Positions 18,518-28,236 of a DNA stretch of 64,000 nt are shown here, one piece after another; the first letter of the stretch is position 1, and each line of letters opens with the position of its first letter. The notes under the pieces were generated by a model. That model was not told the origin of the DNA. It was given only the letters and a program-made list of their open reading frames with translations, and ran no database searches. Source of the DNA: Abditibacterium sp. (GTDB lineage: Bacteria; Armatimonadota; Abditibacteriia; Abditibacteriales; Abditibacteriaceae). A program made the position numbers and the translations under genes. The stretch covers positions 3,360,001-3,424,000 of the forward strand of contig OZ251992.1 in assembly GCA_965246885.1 (NCBI GenBank). The letters are read 5' to 3'.

Positions 18518-18774
18518 TTCGTTCCCAGTTTGACCTACGGTCACAACCGGCCAAAGTTGGGCGTTGAGGAGCGCCGTTGTCGTTGCGCGTTGCGAGCGCG
18601 GAAAAATGCCGCACCGAGCCGGTTGGCACGTCTCCGGGCAGCATCACGACCTGCGTGTTGTAGGTTTTCCCTTTCATTCACGCTCCTTCGTGTTCTCTGT
18701 GTTTGATTGAAGATAGAGTAAGTGCCAATTGGGACTTGACGAAAGGCCAAAAATGCGCCAAACAGGGCGGCTGT

Positions 18775-20223
18775 ATGTTTCGCGCCGCATCTTTGTCTTC
18801 GTCGGAATCGTCGGCGCCCGCTCGCTTGGAAGGTGAGCAAGTGCGGCTCTCGATGAGCCGCGTCATCACCGGCTGGGTGTTCGGCTCCATCTTCTTCCAA
18901 CTGTCGGGCGGCCCGGTTTACGCGTCGTTCGCGCGGCAGTTGGGCATCAACGAGGCCACTTTTGGCTTTTTGGCGGGCATCATGCCGCTCATGGGCTTCC
19001 TGCAACTGTGGGCGGCGCGCTTGCTTGAGGGACGCGTCGGCGCGCGCGCGATGATGCTGTGGGCCGGACTAATCGGGCGCTCGCTGTGGATTGTGGCGGC
19101 GGCGCTCCCGCTTCTTCACAAAGCGGCGCCGGGGATGTTGCCGCGCGTGGCGCTGGTTCCGGCGTTCGTGGGCATCGTGGTGGTATCCGCCGCCTTTCAA
19201 GCGTTCACCGGCCCGTCGTTTTTCGTGTGGATGAGCGCGCTGGTGCCGGGGCGCGTCGGGCCGAGCTTTTGGGCCAAGCGGCACCAGATGGGCACGGTCG
19301 CCGGGATAGGCGCCGTCTTGGTGGGCGGCTGGCTGGCCGATCAGGGCGGCGCCGTCAAAGCGTGGTCGGGCGGCGCCATCTCGCCTTTGCTACTGTATAG
19401 CGCGATTCTGATTGTCGCCGCCGTTTGCGGCGTGGCGGACATCGCGGCGTTCTTCGGCGTGCGCGAGCCAGTAACGGACGCCAAGACAGAAGTGCAAACG
19501 CCCCTCTGGGAATCGTTCAAGGCCCCCTTACGCGAGCGGCAGGTGCGCAACTACCTCGCGTTTACCATGCTTTCGACCGTCGGCTTCGCCACGACGGGGC
19601 CGATGACCACGCTGTTTTGCTTGGAACAGTTGAACCTCTCGCGCACCCAAACCGGCATGGTGCTGACCATTGGCCCGCTTTTGGGCATCGCGCTCGCGGC
19701 GCCGATGTGGGGGCGCATCGCCAAAGCGCACGGCACGCGCCCGATGCTGCGCTTCGCTTCGGTGTTCATGATTAGCGTTCCGCTTGCGTGGCTTCTCGCT
19801 ACGCCGCGCACGATCTGGCCCGTCGCGGCGCTGATTGCCCTGTCGGGCGTCGTGGTGACGGCGTATGAGATTTCCAACCTCAACTTCATGACGCGCGCCT
19901 GCCCACACCTGTCGCGCGGCTCGCTCACGGCGCTCCTGTCGTTGTGCGGCGGCACGACCTTCGCGCTCTTCTCGACGCTCGCGGGAATGGTCGTGCAACA
20001 CCTGCACGGCTGGCATGCGGAGGTTTGGGGCAAGACGCTGACCGGCTTCCACGTCATCTTCGCGTTTTCCCTCTTGCCGCGCGTTTTGAACGCCCTCTGG
20101 ATCGCGCCCAAATTGCAAGAGGAAGACGCCACCCCCACGCGCGACGCGGTGCGCGAAATCGGCGCGGACTCGGTGGCGGCCCTGCGCGCGAGCGCCGCGC
20201 GGCTGTTTGGCAGGGAAGAATGA
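18775..20223 (+). CDS. MFS transporter
   Basis: About 12 TM helices, WMSALVP..G, WGRIAKAHGTRP loop motif; start uncertain (18775 or 18853). Confidence 0.85.
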   Translation: MFRAASLSSSESSAPARLEGEQVRLSMSRVITGWVFGSIFFQLSGGPVYASFARQLGINEATFGFLAGIMPLMGFLQLWAARLLEGRVGARAMMLWAGLIGRSLWIVAAALPLLHKAAPGMLPRVALVPAFVGIVVVSAAFQAFTGPSFFVWMSALVPGRVGPSFWAKRHQMGTVAGIGAVLVGGWLADQGGAVKAWSGGAISPLLLYSAILIVAAVCGVADIAAFFGVREPVTDAKTEVQTPLWESFKAPLRERQVRNYLAFTMLSTVGFATTGPMTTLFCLEQLNLSRTQTGMVLTIGPLLGIALAAPMWGRIAKAHGTRPMLRFASVFMISVPLAWLLATPRTIWPVAALIALSGVVVTAYEISNLNFMTRACPHLSRGSLTALLSLCGGTTFALFSTLAGMVVQHLHGWHAEVWGKTLTGFHVIFAFSLLPRVLNALWIAPKLQEEDATPTRDAVREIGADSVAALRASAARLFGREE

Positions 20224-20225
20224 GG

Positions 20226-21914
20226 CTATCCGCTTCGCCGCCGGAGCCGTATCAGCGTGGCTTCCTCGACCCGCAACGCCCGCGCTACTCCGACGAACGC
20301 TCCCAACGCCAATATCCCCGACGCGCTCACGCCCAGCAGCAAGCGCGCTTTGCCCGCGCCGCTTGGCGCCAGAACGTGCGCCGCAAAGTGCGCCACGACA
20401 ACCGCAACCGCAGTCGCGGCGAGCAACTGCGCGAGGAAGCGGAGATGCTCGCGCGTCCGCACCTGCCCCAAATGGGGCCGCAGAAGCAACCACATAATCA
20501 CGCACTTGAGCGACTTGGAGAACGCTTCCGCCCCCGCGATGGCAGCCAACCCCCAACCCAACTGCTCGACGCCCACCCGCGCGACCATAATCCACACGAC
20601 CGAGATGGCGAGGCCAATCAGCGTCGGCGCCCACGTCCGCGTCAGGGCGTAGAACGCCTGCCCCAACATCATCTCGCACGCGAAGCCCGTCAGCCCCAGC
20701 GAATACGCCACGAACGGCGGCACGATTTGCAGCACGTTGGGCGTCGTGAGCCGACCGCCCGACCAGAGCGCATACAAGAGCGGCGAGCGGAGCGCGATGA
20801 GAATCCCCGTAAGCGGCACGAATACGAAAAAGCACACGCGTAGCGCCTTCACGACGAGTTCCGTGAGCGGCTGCCGGTCACGCTCGCGCGCGAGGTCGGC
20901 CATGAACGGAAAAATCCCAATCGAAAGTGCGTAGGGGAAGACTTGGATGAAGGTGTCGTTGATGAGGCGCGATAGCTTGAGCGCAAAGCGCGGCGCCGCG
21001 CTCCCCGCGACTTCCCCCGTTAGGCCGAGCAAGTAAAATCCGCGTGCCTCCGAAATCACAATGCCCAGCACAAGCGGCAACGCGAGCAGAAACATCTTCC
21101 GAACGCGCGGGTTGGAAAAGTCCACGCGCGGGCGCAAGAGCCGCCACTTCGGGCCAATCGCCCACACGTGCGGCACCAGCTTCAAGAGCGAGCCAATGAA
21201 AAACCCCGCCAAAATCAGATGCAACGAGCGCAGGCTCAGGTCGAGCAACTGCGCCTCATAAAACGCCGGAGGGTGCGCGGCAGACACCATCTTCTGCGCG
21301 GCGACCAAACGCGCGATGGGCTTGTGATACAGCACATACGCCCCCACTGCGCCGCCGAACACACCCAGTTTCCACAGGGCATCCCCCACCGCCGCCCACA
21401 CGAAGCGCTTGTAGCCGTTGAGAATGGTGTACGTCAGCGACGACAAGCCAAGCGACACCAAGCCCAACAAAAGGAAGCGCGCTGAGGAAGTCGTGAGCGC
21501 GATCTGCTGCACATTGGACGTGTGTGACAATTTCCCCACCAACCAAGGCATCCCCGCCAACCCCGCCACCGTAGTGAGCAAAAGCAGCGATAAAAACGTC
21601 CACAGCGCGGTCGAGGCAAACTTCCACGTTTCCTCTTCGCCGTCCTCCTTGAGCGACGCAATGAACTGCGGCAAAAACGCCGGGTTGATGACCTTCTCGA
21701 AGACCAGCCAGAACCGCTGCACGATGTCGGTAGCGACGGCATAGACATCGGCGGGCCACGACAAACCGAAGTTGTGCGCAATGAGCGGTTGCGCCGCGAA
21801 GCCCACGAGGAAGCGCACCAGATGGAGCGCGGTGATGCCAAGCGTCGCGCGCGCGACGGAAGTGCGGGCGCCGGGCGCGGGCGGCGCGGTGGGGGGAAGC
21901 GGGGTAGTAGTCAC
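20226..21914 (-). CDS. murJ: Second MurJ/MviN-family flippase
   Basis: ADVYA, INPAFLPQF, ILNGYKRF, LALPLVLG, IGIFP, QAFYAL; GTG start at 21914. Confidence 0.78.
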   Translation of the reverse strand: MTTTPLPPTAPPAPGARTSVARATLGITALHLVRFLVGFAAQPLIAHNFGLSWPADVYAVATDIVQRFWLVFEKVINPAFLPQFIASLKEDGEEETWKFASTALWTFLSLLLLTTVAGLAGMPWLVGKLSHTSNVQQIALTTSSARFLLLGLVSLGLSSLTYTILNGYKRFVWAAVGDALWKLGVFGGAVGAYVLYHKPIARLVAAQKMVSAAHPPAFYEAQLLDLSLRSLHLILAGFFIGSLLKLVPHVWAIGPKWRLLRPRVDFSNPRVRKMFLLALPLVLGIVISEARGFYLLGLTGEVAGSAAPRFALKLSRLINDTFIQVFPYALSIGIFPFMADLARERDRQPLTELVVKALRVCFFVFVPLTGILIALRSPLLYALWSGGRLTTPNVLQIVPPFVAYSLGLTGFACEMMLGQAFYALTRTWAPTLIGLAISVVWIMVARVGVEQLGWGLAAIAGAEAFSKSLKCVIMWLLLRPHLGQVRTREHLRFLAQLLAATAVAVVVAHFAAHVLAPSGAGKARLLLGVSASGILALGAFVGVARALRVEEATLIRLRRRSG

Positions 21915-21981
21915 GGAATCGGCACCCTTAGAACGCGCCAAAGGGCGAATGTGTCGTTTCGTCGCGCATCCATCCACCAAC

Positions 21982-22011
21982 AAAAAAACGCGGCCCCAAA
22001 GGGGCCGCGTT
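21982..22011 (-). terminator. Intrinsic terminator
   Basis: Minus strand AACGCGGCCCC-TTT-GGGGCCGCG followed by T7. Confidence 0.85.
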
Positions 22012-22020
22012 AGTTGGGGA

Positions 22021-22275
22021 TTACATCATCATGCGCCCGAAGCGGGCTTCGTCTTCTTGGGGCGTTGAGCGCAGGACAGGGGCTTTTCGTTTCGGTTCGA
22101 GGGCGCTTTTGACGGTTTCGACGCCGGAGAGAATCCAGTTGTAAGGCCAGAGGGCGCGCATTTCGTGGTCGTCGTCGCCTTCGTATAACTGGGATTGGAG
22201 GCGGTTGACTTCGTTTTGGAGGGCGCGGACTTCGGCGCGCAGGGTTTCAATTTCTTGGGTGTGAATGGTTTTCAT
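22021..22275 (-). CDS. Hypothetical small coiled-coil protein
   Basis: EIETLRAEVRALQNEVNRLQSQL heptads; followed by a clear terminator. Confidence 0.65.
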   Translation of the reverse strand: MKTIHTQEIETLRAEVRALQNEVNRLQSQLYEGDDDHEMRALWPYNWILSGVETVKSALEPKRKAPVLRSTPQEDEARFGRMMM

Positions 22276-22377
22276 GGTGTCTCTCAAAACCGGTCGCCTC
22301 GTGACGCTCTGGCGGCGGTTCTGGCATATGTTGGGTGCAAGCAAACGGTGTTCCAAAGGGAACGTTATCTTCGACAT

Positions 22378-23100
22378 TCAAAAGACGCCGGAGTAGCAGT
22401 AAAGTCGCCCGCCTTCGGGGACAATGGCGGCTTTGCGGCGCACCAAGCGGAGTTGGTGCAAGCGGGCGATGCGGTTGTTGCAGGCGGTCACAGATTCAAG
22501 AGAAAGGGCATCCACCACGTCGCGTACCGTCGCCGTACCACGCTTCATGACGGCGTCGAGGGTTTCGATGAGGTGGTCGGGCAGTTTGCCGATGACGCGC
22601 CAGTTAATGCGCGCTTCGCCGTCGGCATAAGGGTCGGCGAGAGTGCGGCGCAGTTCGCCCAAGTCGTCAACGGGCACCACGATGGCGGCGGCTTCGCGCT
22701 GAGCGAGCGCGACTTCCACGTTTTCTAACAAAGCCTGCGCGATAGCGTCGTTCTTGACGAGAAGCACCATGTAACGGTCGGGATACTCTTTGGTGCTCAT
22801 GCGCGAAAAGATGGTGCCGATGGCTTCGTCGGCGAAAGAGTAGTCCATCATCTCGACGCCGTCGAAATCGAGCGCCAAAACGCCACCGGGCGCGAGGTCG
22901 CGTAGCGACCCGTCAAGCGACTCTTGCACTTGGCGACCCAAAGGGCGCATGGCGAGGTAGGGGCCGAACTCGCCCAGTGATTTTTGTTGCATGGCGACAG
23001 CCCCCTCGCGGGGCGCCTCGCCATCGAGTAAGACTTCCTCTTCGGGAGCTAAGACGCCCCGCCGGGGCTTGGCTGGAACTTTGGTTTGAATGCGGGCCAT
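22378..23100 (-). CDS. STAS-like (DUF4325-like) domain plus C-terminal winged-HTH protein
   Basis: LALDFDGVEMMDYSFADEAIG STAS-like motif; C-terminal TATVRDVVDALSLESVTACNNRIARL..LRLVRR helix-turn-helix pattern. Confidence 0.65.
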   Translation of the reverse strand: MARIQTKVPAKPRRGVLAPEEEVLLDGEAPREGAVAMQQKSLGEFGPYLAMRPLGRQVQESLDGSLRDLAPGGVLALDFDGVEMMDYSFADEAIGTIFSRMSTKEYPDRYMVLLVKNDAIAQALLENVEVALAQREAAAIVVPVDDLGELRRTLADPYADGEARINWRVIGKLPDHLIETLDAVMKRGTATVRDVVDALSLESVTACNNRIARLHQLRLVRRKAAIVPEGGRLYCYSGVF

Positions 23101-23295
23101 CGTGGAATCCTTGGAACTTCTAAACGCGCCGCTGCTCTTTTTGGTTCACTCGAATCAGTGAAGAGACGGCTCATTTCATTATCGCTCAATCCGGCCCCCA
23201 CGTCAAGTGCCGTCGCCTAAATCCCCCGTTTTGTCGGGAACTCCCCATTTGCGAGCGCCCCCGGTTGCGGATTTGCATCCGCCCTCCCGATACCT

Positions 23296-25056
23296 ATGCG
23301 TAAAGCCAAAACTCTTCTGGGATTGTCCGTCATCACGCGCACCGACGGCAAAAATCTGGGCACCGTCCGCGACCTCATCTTCAGCGACAACTCGCAAAAG
23401 CTGCTTGCCCTCCTCATGAGCGGGCCGGAACTGTTCCACCTCATAGACGCCACCTGCGTGCCTTGGAACCAAATCCGCGAAATCGGCACCGATGCCCTTA
23501 TGGTTGAGGGGGACGACTCGCTCATCAAGGTGCACTCCGACGCCGTTATCGCCGAAGCCTTCGACGCCAAGCAGTCGGTGGACGGCAAGCAAGTCACCAC
23601 CGACCAAGGCGAGAACTTGGGCCACGTTTCCGACCTTTACCTCGACGATTCGGGCTACGTTTCCGCTTTTGAAGTGTCCGGTGGCTTGTTCGCGGACGCC
23701 GTCGGCGGCAAGCGATACCTCGAAAACCCCGCCCGCATCAAAGTCGGCGAAGATGTCATCATCGTCCCCCACGACTCCGTGCATCAATTAGAAATGCAAG
23801 CCGATGCCGAACCGGGCGGCATCAAGGGCCTTCTCGCGTCAGCATCCGATAAAGTCGGCGACGCCTACGACTCTGCCAAAGCAAGCGTGAGTGACGCTTA
23901 CGCAAACATCTCTTCCGCTTCGGTCGAAAAGCAGCGCGAGTTCGTGATTGGCAAAGTCGCGGGCCGCGACGTCGTCATCCCCGCCAGTCAAGCGACAATG
24001 GCCACCCCGCCCGCCTTGGCCGTTCAAGCCGTCGAATCGGGCACGACCCACCTCTCCTCATCCACCACATCGGGCGCGCTGGAGGTCGAGCGCGGCGCGG
24101 AGGAAACCATCGTGCGCCCCGCCAATTTCGGGACGGTTCAAACTGGAAGCGGCCAACTCGCGCCCGGTGTGCCCGTGCCCGCCAGCACGCTTGGCCACCT
24201 CAACGCCCGCGTCGTTGAAGGCGCTCCCGAAAGCACAAGCGACGCCGCGACCCTCACGGAACTCCAGCGCGCCACGCCCGCAACCGCCACCGACATTAGC
24301 TCGCGCGGCGACGTGGTGGACGGCGAAGTTCTCGTGCGCGAGGGAGAAACCATCACCGCCGCGCATGCCGATCGCGCCATCAACGCCGGTATATTGGGCA
24401 CGCTCGTTGGCTCCGTCAAACTCGGCGCCCCCGCCGCCGCGCAGACCGCCTTCCACAACGTCGGTCAAAGCGCCGAAAACGCGGCTATTGGCAAACCCGC
24501 AGGCCGCGAAGTGGACGCTCCCGACGGCTCCATCCTCGTCGCTCCCGGCCAAATCATCACCCAAGCCATTCTCGACCGCGCCGATTTGCACGGCAAACGC
24601 GCCGAAGTTATCGCTTCGGCAGGGCTTGGCGCCGCCAGCGTTGCGACTCAGGATACCCTCGGCCAAGTCAAAGAAACCGCCTCCAACGTTTTCGGCACTC
24701 TCAAAGAAAAGGTGGCCGGACTCACCGGAACAGCGCAGGATAAAAAAGCCGAATATGACGCCGCCAACGTGGAGAAGAAAATCAAGGACGCCGTCGGTCG
24801 CCCCGTCACCCGCGTGATTCTTGCCAAAGACGATAGCGTGATTCTCAACACCGGCGACATCATCACTAACAAGGCCATCGAACACGCCCGCCAAGCCGAC
24901 GTGCTCGACATCCTACTTGATTCGGTCTACAACCAAACTCCCGACATCACGCCGGAAATGCTGCGCTTGGAAGGCAAAGGCGAGGACGCCCTCGCCACCC
25001 AAGCCCAACCCACCGGCGGCCCCATCACTGCCACCACCGCCCCAAACCCATCGTAA
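23296..25056 (+). CDS. PRC-barrel domain-containing protein
   Basis: Two PRC barrels ([12 protein letters not shown]...[21 protein letters not shown]...VGEDVIIV) plus three DG/DD.ilv..G..IT repeats. Confidence 0.85.
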   Translation: MRKAKTLLGLSVITRTDGKNLGTVRDLIFSDNSQKLLALLMSGPELFHLIDATCVPWNQIREIGTDALMVEGDDSLIKVHSDAVIAEAFDAKQSVDGKQVTTDQGENLGHVSDLYLDDSGYVSAFEVSGGLFADAVGGKRYLENPARIKVGEDVIIVPHDSVHQLEMQADAEPGGIKGLLASASDKVGDAYDSAKASVSDAYANISSASVEKQREFVIGKVAGRDVVIPASQATMATPPALAVQAVESGTTHLSSSTTSGALEVERGAEETIVRPANFGTVQTGSGQLAPGVPVPASTLGHLNARVVEGAPESTSDAATLTELQRATPATATDISSRGDVVDGEVLVREGETITAAHADRAINAGILGTLVGSVKLGAPAAAQTAFHNVGQSAENAAIGKPAGREVDAPDGSILVAPGQIITQAILDRADLHGKRAEVIASAGLGAASVATQDTLGQVKETASNVFGTLKEKVAGLTGTAQDKKAEYDAANVEKKIKDAVGRPVTRVILAKDDSVILNTGDIITNKAIEHARQADVLDILLDSVYNQTPDITPEMLRLEGKGEDALATQAQPTGGPITATTAPNPS

Positions 25057-25096
25057 GACGGCGGCGACCCAAAGAATTTCTTCTGGGAGCGAAAGA

Positions 25097-25211
25097 CAGG
25101 GTTCTGCCAGAGATTCCCACACCTGTAGGAATCTCCGACAGACCTCTGGGAATGAATGGCAGACGTGCGGGAATGAGTGGCAGACGTGCGGGAATCTCCC
25201 GCCGCCGTCCG
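25097..25211. repeat. 21-bp-period array, same family as 10349-10504
   Basis: Cores at 25097, 25118, 25139 (CAGACCTCTG), 25160 and 25181 (CAGACGTGCG), 25202. Confidence 0.85.
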
Positions 25212-25220
25212 CCCTCAAGC

Positions 25221-25258
25221 AAAAGAACCCCCTGCTTTGGCAAGGGGTTCTTTTCTTT
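25221..25258. terminator. Bidirectional intrinsic terminator between the PRC-barrel gene and tRNA-Arg
   Basis: AAAAGAACCCC...GGGGTTCTTTT stem with A/T tracts on both sides. Confidence 0.8.
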
Positions 25259-25332
25259 TGTGCCCGGAAGGATTCGAACCTCCGACCTGCTGATCCGTAG
25301 TCAGCCGCTCTATCCAGCTGAGCTACGGGCAC
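25259..25332 (-). tRNA. tRNA-Arg(ACG)
   Basis: GTGCCCG acceptor stem, AGCTCAGCTGGATAGAGC D-arm, GCTGA-CT-ACG-GA-TCAGC anticodon arm, GGTTCGAATCC T-arm; CCA not encoded. Confidence 0.97.
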
Positions 25333-25401
25333 ATCTGCTGGAAGCCTCGGTGAAAGGCCCGACAAATGTTACCGCAAATTCGGGAGGTTGTCAACTTCGC
25401 T

Positions 25402-26562
25402 TTACCGCACGCCCATCAAAACTTCCAGCGTCAGTTGCTCTAACCGCTCGTACGGAAGGGAGCGCGCGGAGAGGGTATCGGGGTCGAGTTGGAGGGACTT
25501 GTAGGAGTCGGCTTTTTCTTTCGAGTAGCCGCCTGCTGCGACCGAATCGCCCGTGCCGTTCAGTTCGCGGAAGATGGTCTGTATCTCGGAGTCGGCGTTC
25601 CACTGCGCGGCCTTTTCCTTAAGGATGAGATAGGTTCGCATACAGCCGCGCGCGAATGCCCACACGTCGGCGTAGTCGCTCGTGCGCAGGGCGTGCGCGT
25701 CGAAGTGGAGCGGGCCGGAATAAGCGTTGTCTTCGAGGAGTTTGACGAGATAGAAGTTGCCCTTCAAGTCTTCGGCGCCAAAGCGCAGGTCTTGGTCGAA
25801 GCGTCCCGGCTTTTGGCCGTTGAGGTCAATGTGGAACAGTTTTTTGGCGTCAATGGCCTGCGCGATGTTGTGGGTGAAGTTGAGGCCCGCGATAGTGTCG
25901 TGCGCGAACTCCGGGTTGACGCCGACGTTTTCGGGATGGTCGAGGGTTTCGATGAAAGCGAGGGCGTGGCCCGTCGTGGCGAGGTAGATGTCGCCGCGCG
26001 GCTCGTTGGGCTTGGGTTCGAGCGCGAGCTTATAATTGTAACCCTGCTCCATTTGGTAGGCGTTGAGGAAGTTGAGCGCTTCGCGGAACCACTTAAGCGG
26101 CTCCAATGGGTTCTTGGCGCCGTCCACTTCGGCGCCCTCGCGCCCGCCCCAGAAGACATACACGCCCGCGCCAAATTCGGCGCCCAAGTCCATCGCGCGC
26201 ATCGTCTTTTGGATGGCGAAGTTGCGCACTTTGGCATCGCTCGACGTGAACGCGCCGTCTTTAAAGACCGGGTGCGAGAACAGGTTCGTCGTCGCCATCG
26301 GCACTTTCATCCCAGTCTCTTGGAGGGTCTGCTTAAAGGTGGAAACGATTTGGTCGCGCTCGGAAGCCGACGCGCCAAAGGGCACGAGGTCGTTGTCGTG
26401 GAAGTTGACGCCGTGCGCGCCCAGTTCCGCGAGTTTGCGAACCGACTCGTTGGGGTCAATAGCGGGGCGGACGGGATCGCCGAACGGGTCGCGGCCTTGG
26501 TTGCCGACCGTCCAGAGTCCAAAGGTGAAACGGTCTTGCGGCGTGGGTTGATAGTTGCTCAT
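25402..26562 (-). CDS. xylA: Xylose isomerase (class I)
   Basis: [60 protein letters not shown]. Confidence 0.97.
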   Translation of the reverse strand: MSNYQPTPQDRFTFGLWTVGNQGRDPFGDPVRPAIDPNESVRKLAELGAHGVNFHDNDLVPFGASASERDQIVSTFKQTLQETGMKVPMATTNLFSHPVFKDGAFTSSDAKVRNFAIQKTMRAMDLGAEFGAGVYVFWGGREGAEVDGAKNPLEPLKWFREALNFLNAYQMEQGYNYKLALEPKPNEPRGDIYLATTGHALAFIETLDHPENVGVNPEFAHDTIAGLNFTHNIAQAIDAKKLFHIDLNGQKPGRFDQDLRFGAEDLKGNFYLVKLLEDNAYSGPLHFDAHALRTSDYADVWAFARGCMRTYLILKEKAAQWNADSEIQTIFRELNGTGDSVAAGGYSKEKADSYKSLQLDPDTLSARSLPYERLEQLTLEVLMGVR

Positions 26563-26691
26563 GGTGTTTCCGAAACAGGTGCAATTTACACCCCCACGCG
26601 CGGCACGGCAACCGCCGCCCACGCACTTATTCCCCGACGCGGCGCAACCAAAGCGCCCGACGCGTGGGAAGGGGCGGGGCATGGCGGCGGG

Positions 26692-28119
26692 CTACTTGTC
26701 GCCTCCGGCGGCGCGCAGAATAAGGGAGACTTGGGAGCCACTGCCACTTTCGTCTACAGGAGTAGAACCATTTTTATTTCTGGCGTTCACGTCGGCGCCG
26801 TGCGCGAGCAAGAGCTTGGTGGTTTCAATGGCGTCCACTTTAGCGGCCCAGTAAAGGGGCGTTTCATCCCAGTTGGTTCGGGCGTCCACCTTGGCGCCGT
26901 GCGCGAGCAAGAGCTTGGCGACTTGGCCGGTATCAAAACTGCTGTAAAGGAAGGGGCCGCCGTAACCCAACTCAGAGGAGATATAGTGCAAGGGGGTCGC
27001 GCCATTCTTGTCGCGCGCGTCCACAGGCGCGCTCTGCGCGAGTAGCAAGGAGGCGAGATCGGCGCTCCCTGCCCGTGCGGCCCAGTGCAACGGCGTAGCG
27101 CCGTTGTTGTCCCGTGCGCCGATGTTGGCACCGTTATCCAGCAACAGGGCGGCTAATCGAACCGCGCGTTGAATAGCGGGCTGGGTGGCTTCGGGGGCAC
27201 CAAGGTGGGCCTCATAGGCACCGTGAACAACATTGGCGACGTAGTGCAAGGGCGTGACGCCGTCGTTGTCTTTAGCATTGGGGTCGGCATCGTGCGCGAG
27301 AAGCAGCGCGACGCTGGCGGCGTTGTTGCAAGAGACAGCCTCGTGTAAAGGCGTGCGCCCATTGAAGTCTCTGGTTTCTGTTTTGGCGCCCTTAGCGAGC
27401 AGGAGCGCCGTCAACTTGGGGTTGTTGTGTCTAACGGCCCAGTAGAGGGGCGTTGAGTAGCTATCTCCAGCGTTCACATCGACATCCTTGGCGAGGAGCA
27501 GAAACGCTACTTTGTCCGCGCGGCGTGCGACGGCATAACTCAGAGGCCGCATGCCCCAATGTCCTTTGGAATCCGGGTCGGCGCCGTGCGCGAGCAGGAG
27601 CGCCGCCACCTTGTTCATGTCGTTGAAGGTGGTGTAGTGCAAGGGCGTGTCGCCCTCGTTGTCCCCGGTGCCCGCGTCGGCGCCGCGCGCGAGCAGGAGC
27701 GCGGCGACTTTGTCGGCCCCCACGCGCGCGGCCACATGGAGCGGCGTCGCGCCTCCGCCGTGTCGGGCGTTCACATCGGCGCCCTTGGTCAGCAGAAGCG
27801 CGGCAAGTGGGGTGTCATCTTCGACGGCAGCGAAATGAAGGGGCGTCCAGTGAGAGGCGTTGATGAGGCGCACGTTGGTCGCGCCCGCCCGCAACGCGCG
27901 TCCCATCGCGGCGACGTTGGGAGTATTTAGAGCATGGAATGCACCGTCATCATCGGCATGGAGGAAGCCGAACGCGCGGGCGAAGTCGGCGTTGGCTTTG
28001 GCGACACGCGCCGAGGCAGTGCGCGTGATGGCGCAGCGCCGCGCAACTTTGGCCGAAACGGGCGCGGCGAGGGAAGCGACGAGTGTAAGCGCGGCGAAGA
28101 ATTGGTTGGAGCGAAACAT
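26692..28119 (-). CDS. Exported ankyrin-repeat protein
   Basis: Signal peptide followed by about 10 TPLH...LL..GAD.NA repeats. Confidence 0.92.
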   Translation of the reverse strand: MFRSNQFFAALTLVASLAAPVSAKVARRCAITRTASARVAKANADFARAFGFLHADDDGAFHALNTPNVAAMGRALRAGATNVRLINASHWTPLHFAAVEDDTPLAALLLTKGADVNARHGGGATPLHVAARVGADKVAALLLARGADAGTGDNEGDTPLHYTTFNDMNKVAALLLAHGADPDSKGHWGMRPLSYAVARRADKVAFLLLAKDVDVNAGDSYSTPLYWAVRHNNPKLTALLLAKGAKTETRDFNGRTPLHEAVSCNNAASVALLLAHDADPNAKDNDGVTPLHYVANVVHGAYEAHLGAPEATQPAIQRAVRLAALLLDNGANIGARDNNGATPLHWAARAGSADLASLLLAQSAPVDARDKNGATPLHYISSELGYGGPFLYSSFDTGQVAKLLLAHGAKVDARTNWDETPLYWAAKVDAIETTKLLLAHGADVNARNKNGSTPVDESGSGSQVSLILRAAGGDK

Positions 28120-28178
28120 GGTGTCGATAGTGTCCTAATGGTGCCCTCAGGCGGCGCGGCAATTTGCGCGGCCAAAAC

Positions 28179-28209
28179 AAAAAGCGCCCGACTCGTGGGA
28201 GTCGGGCGC
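28179..28209 (-). terminator. Intrinsic terminator
   Basis: Minus strand GCGCCCGACTC-CCAC-GAGTCGGGCGC followed by TTTTT. Confidence 0.8.
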
Positions 28210-28236
28210 GGGGGGTGGGAGGAGGGGCAACCGGGA

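Noticed and set aside
25259..25332. tRNA-Arg as the attachment site of an integrated element
   Set aside because: No integrase and no duplicated tRNA 3' end seen in the window
26580..26690. Possible further periodic array upstream of xylA (also 49500-49595)
   Set aside because: Short GC-rich motifs recur but without a consistent period
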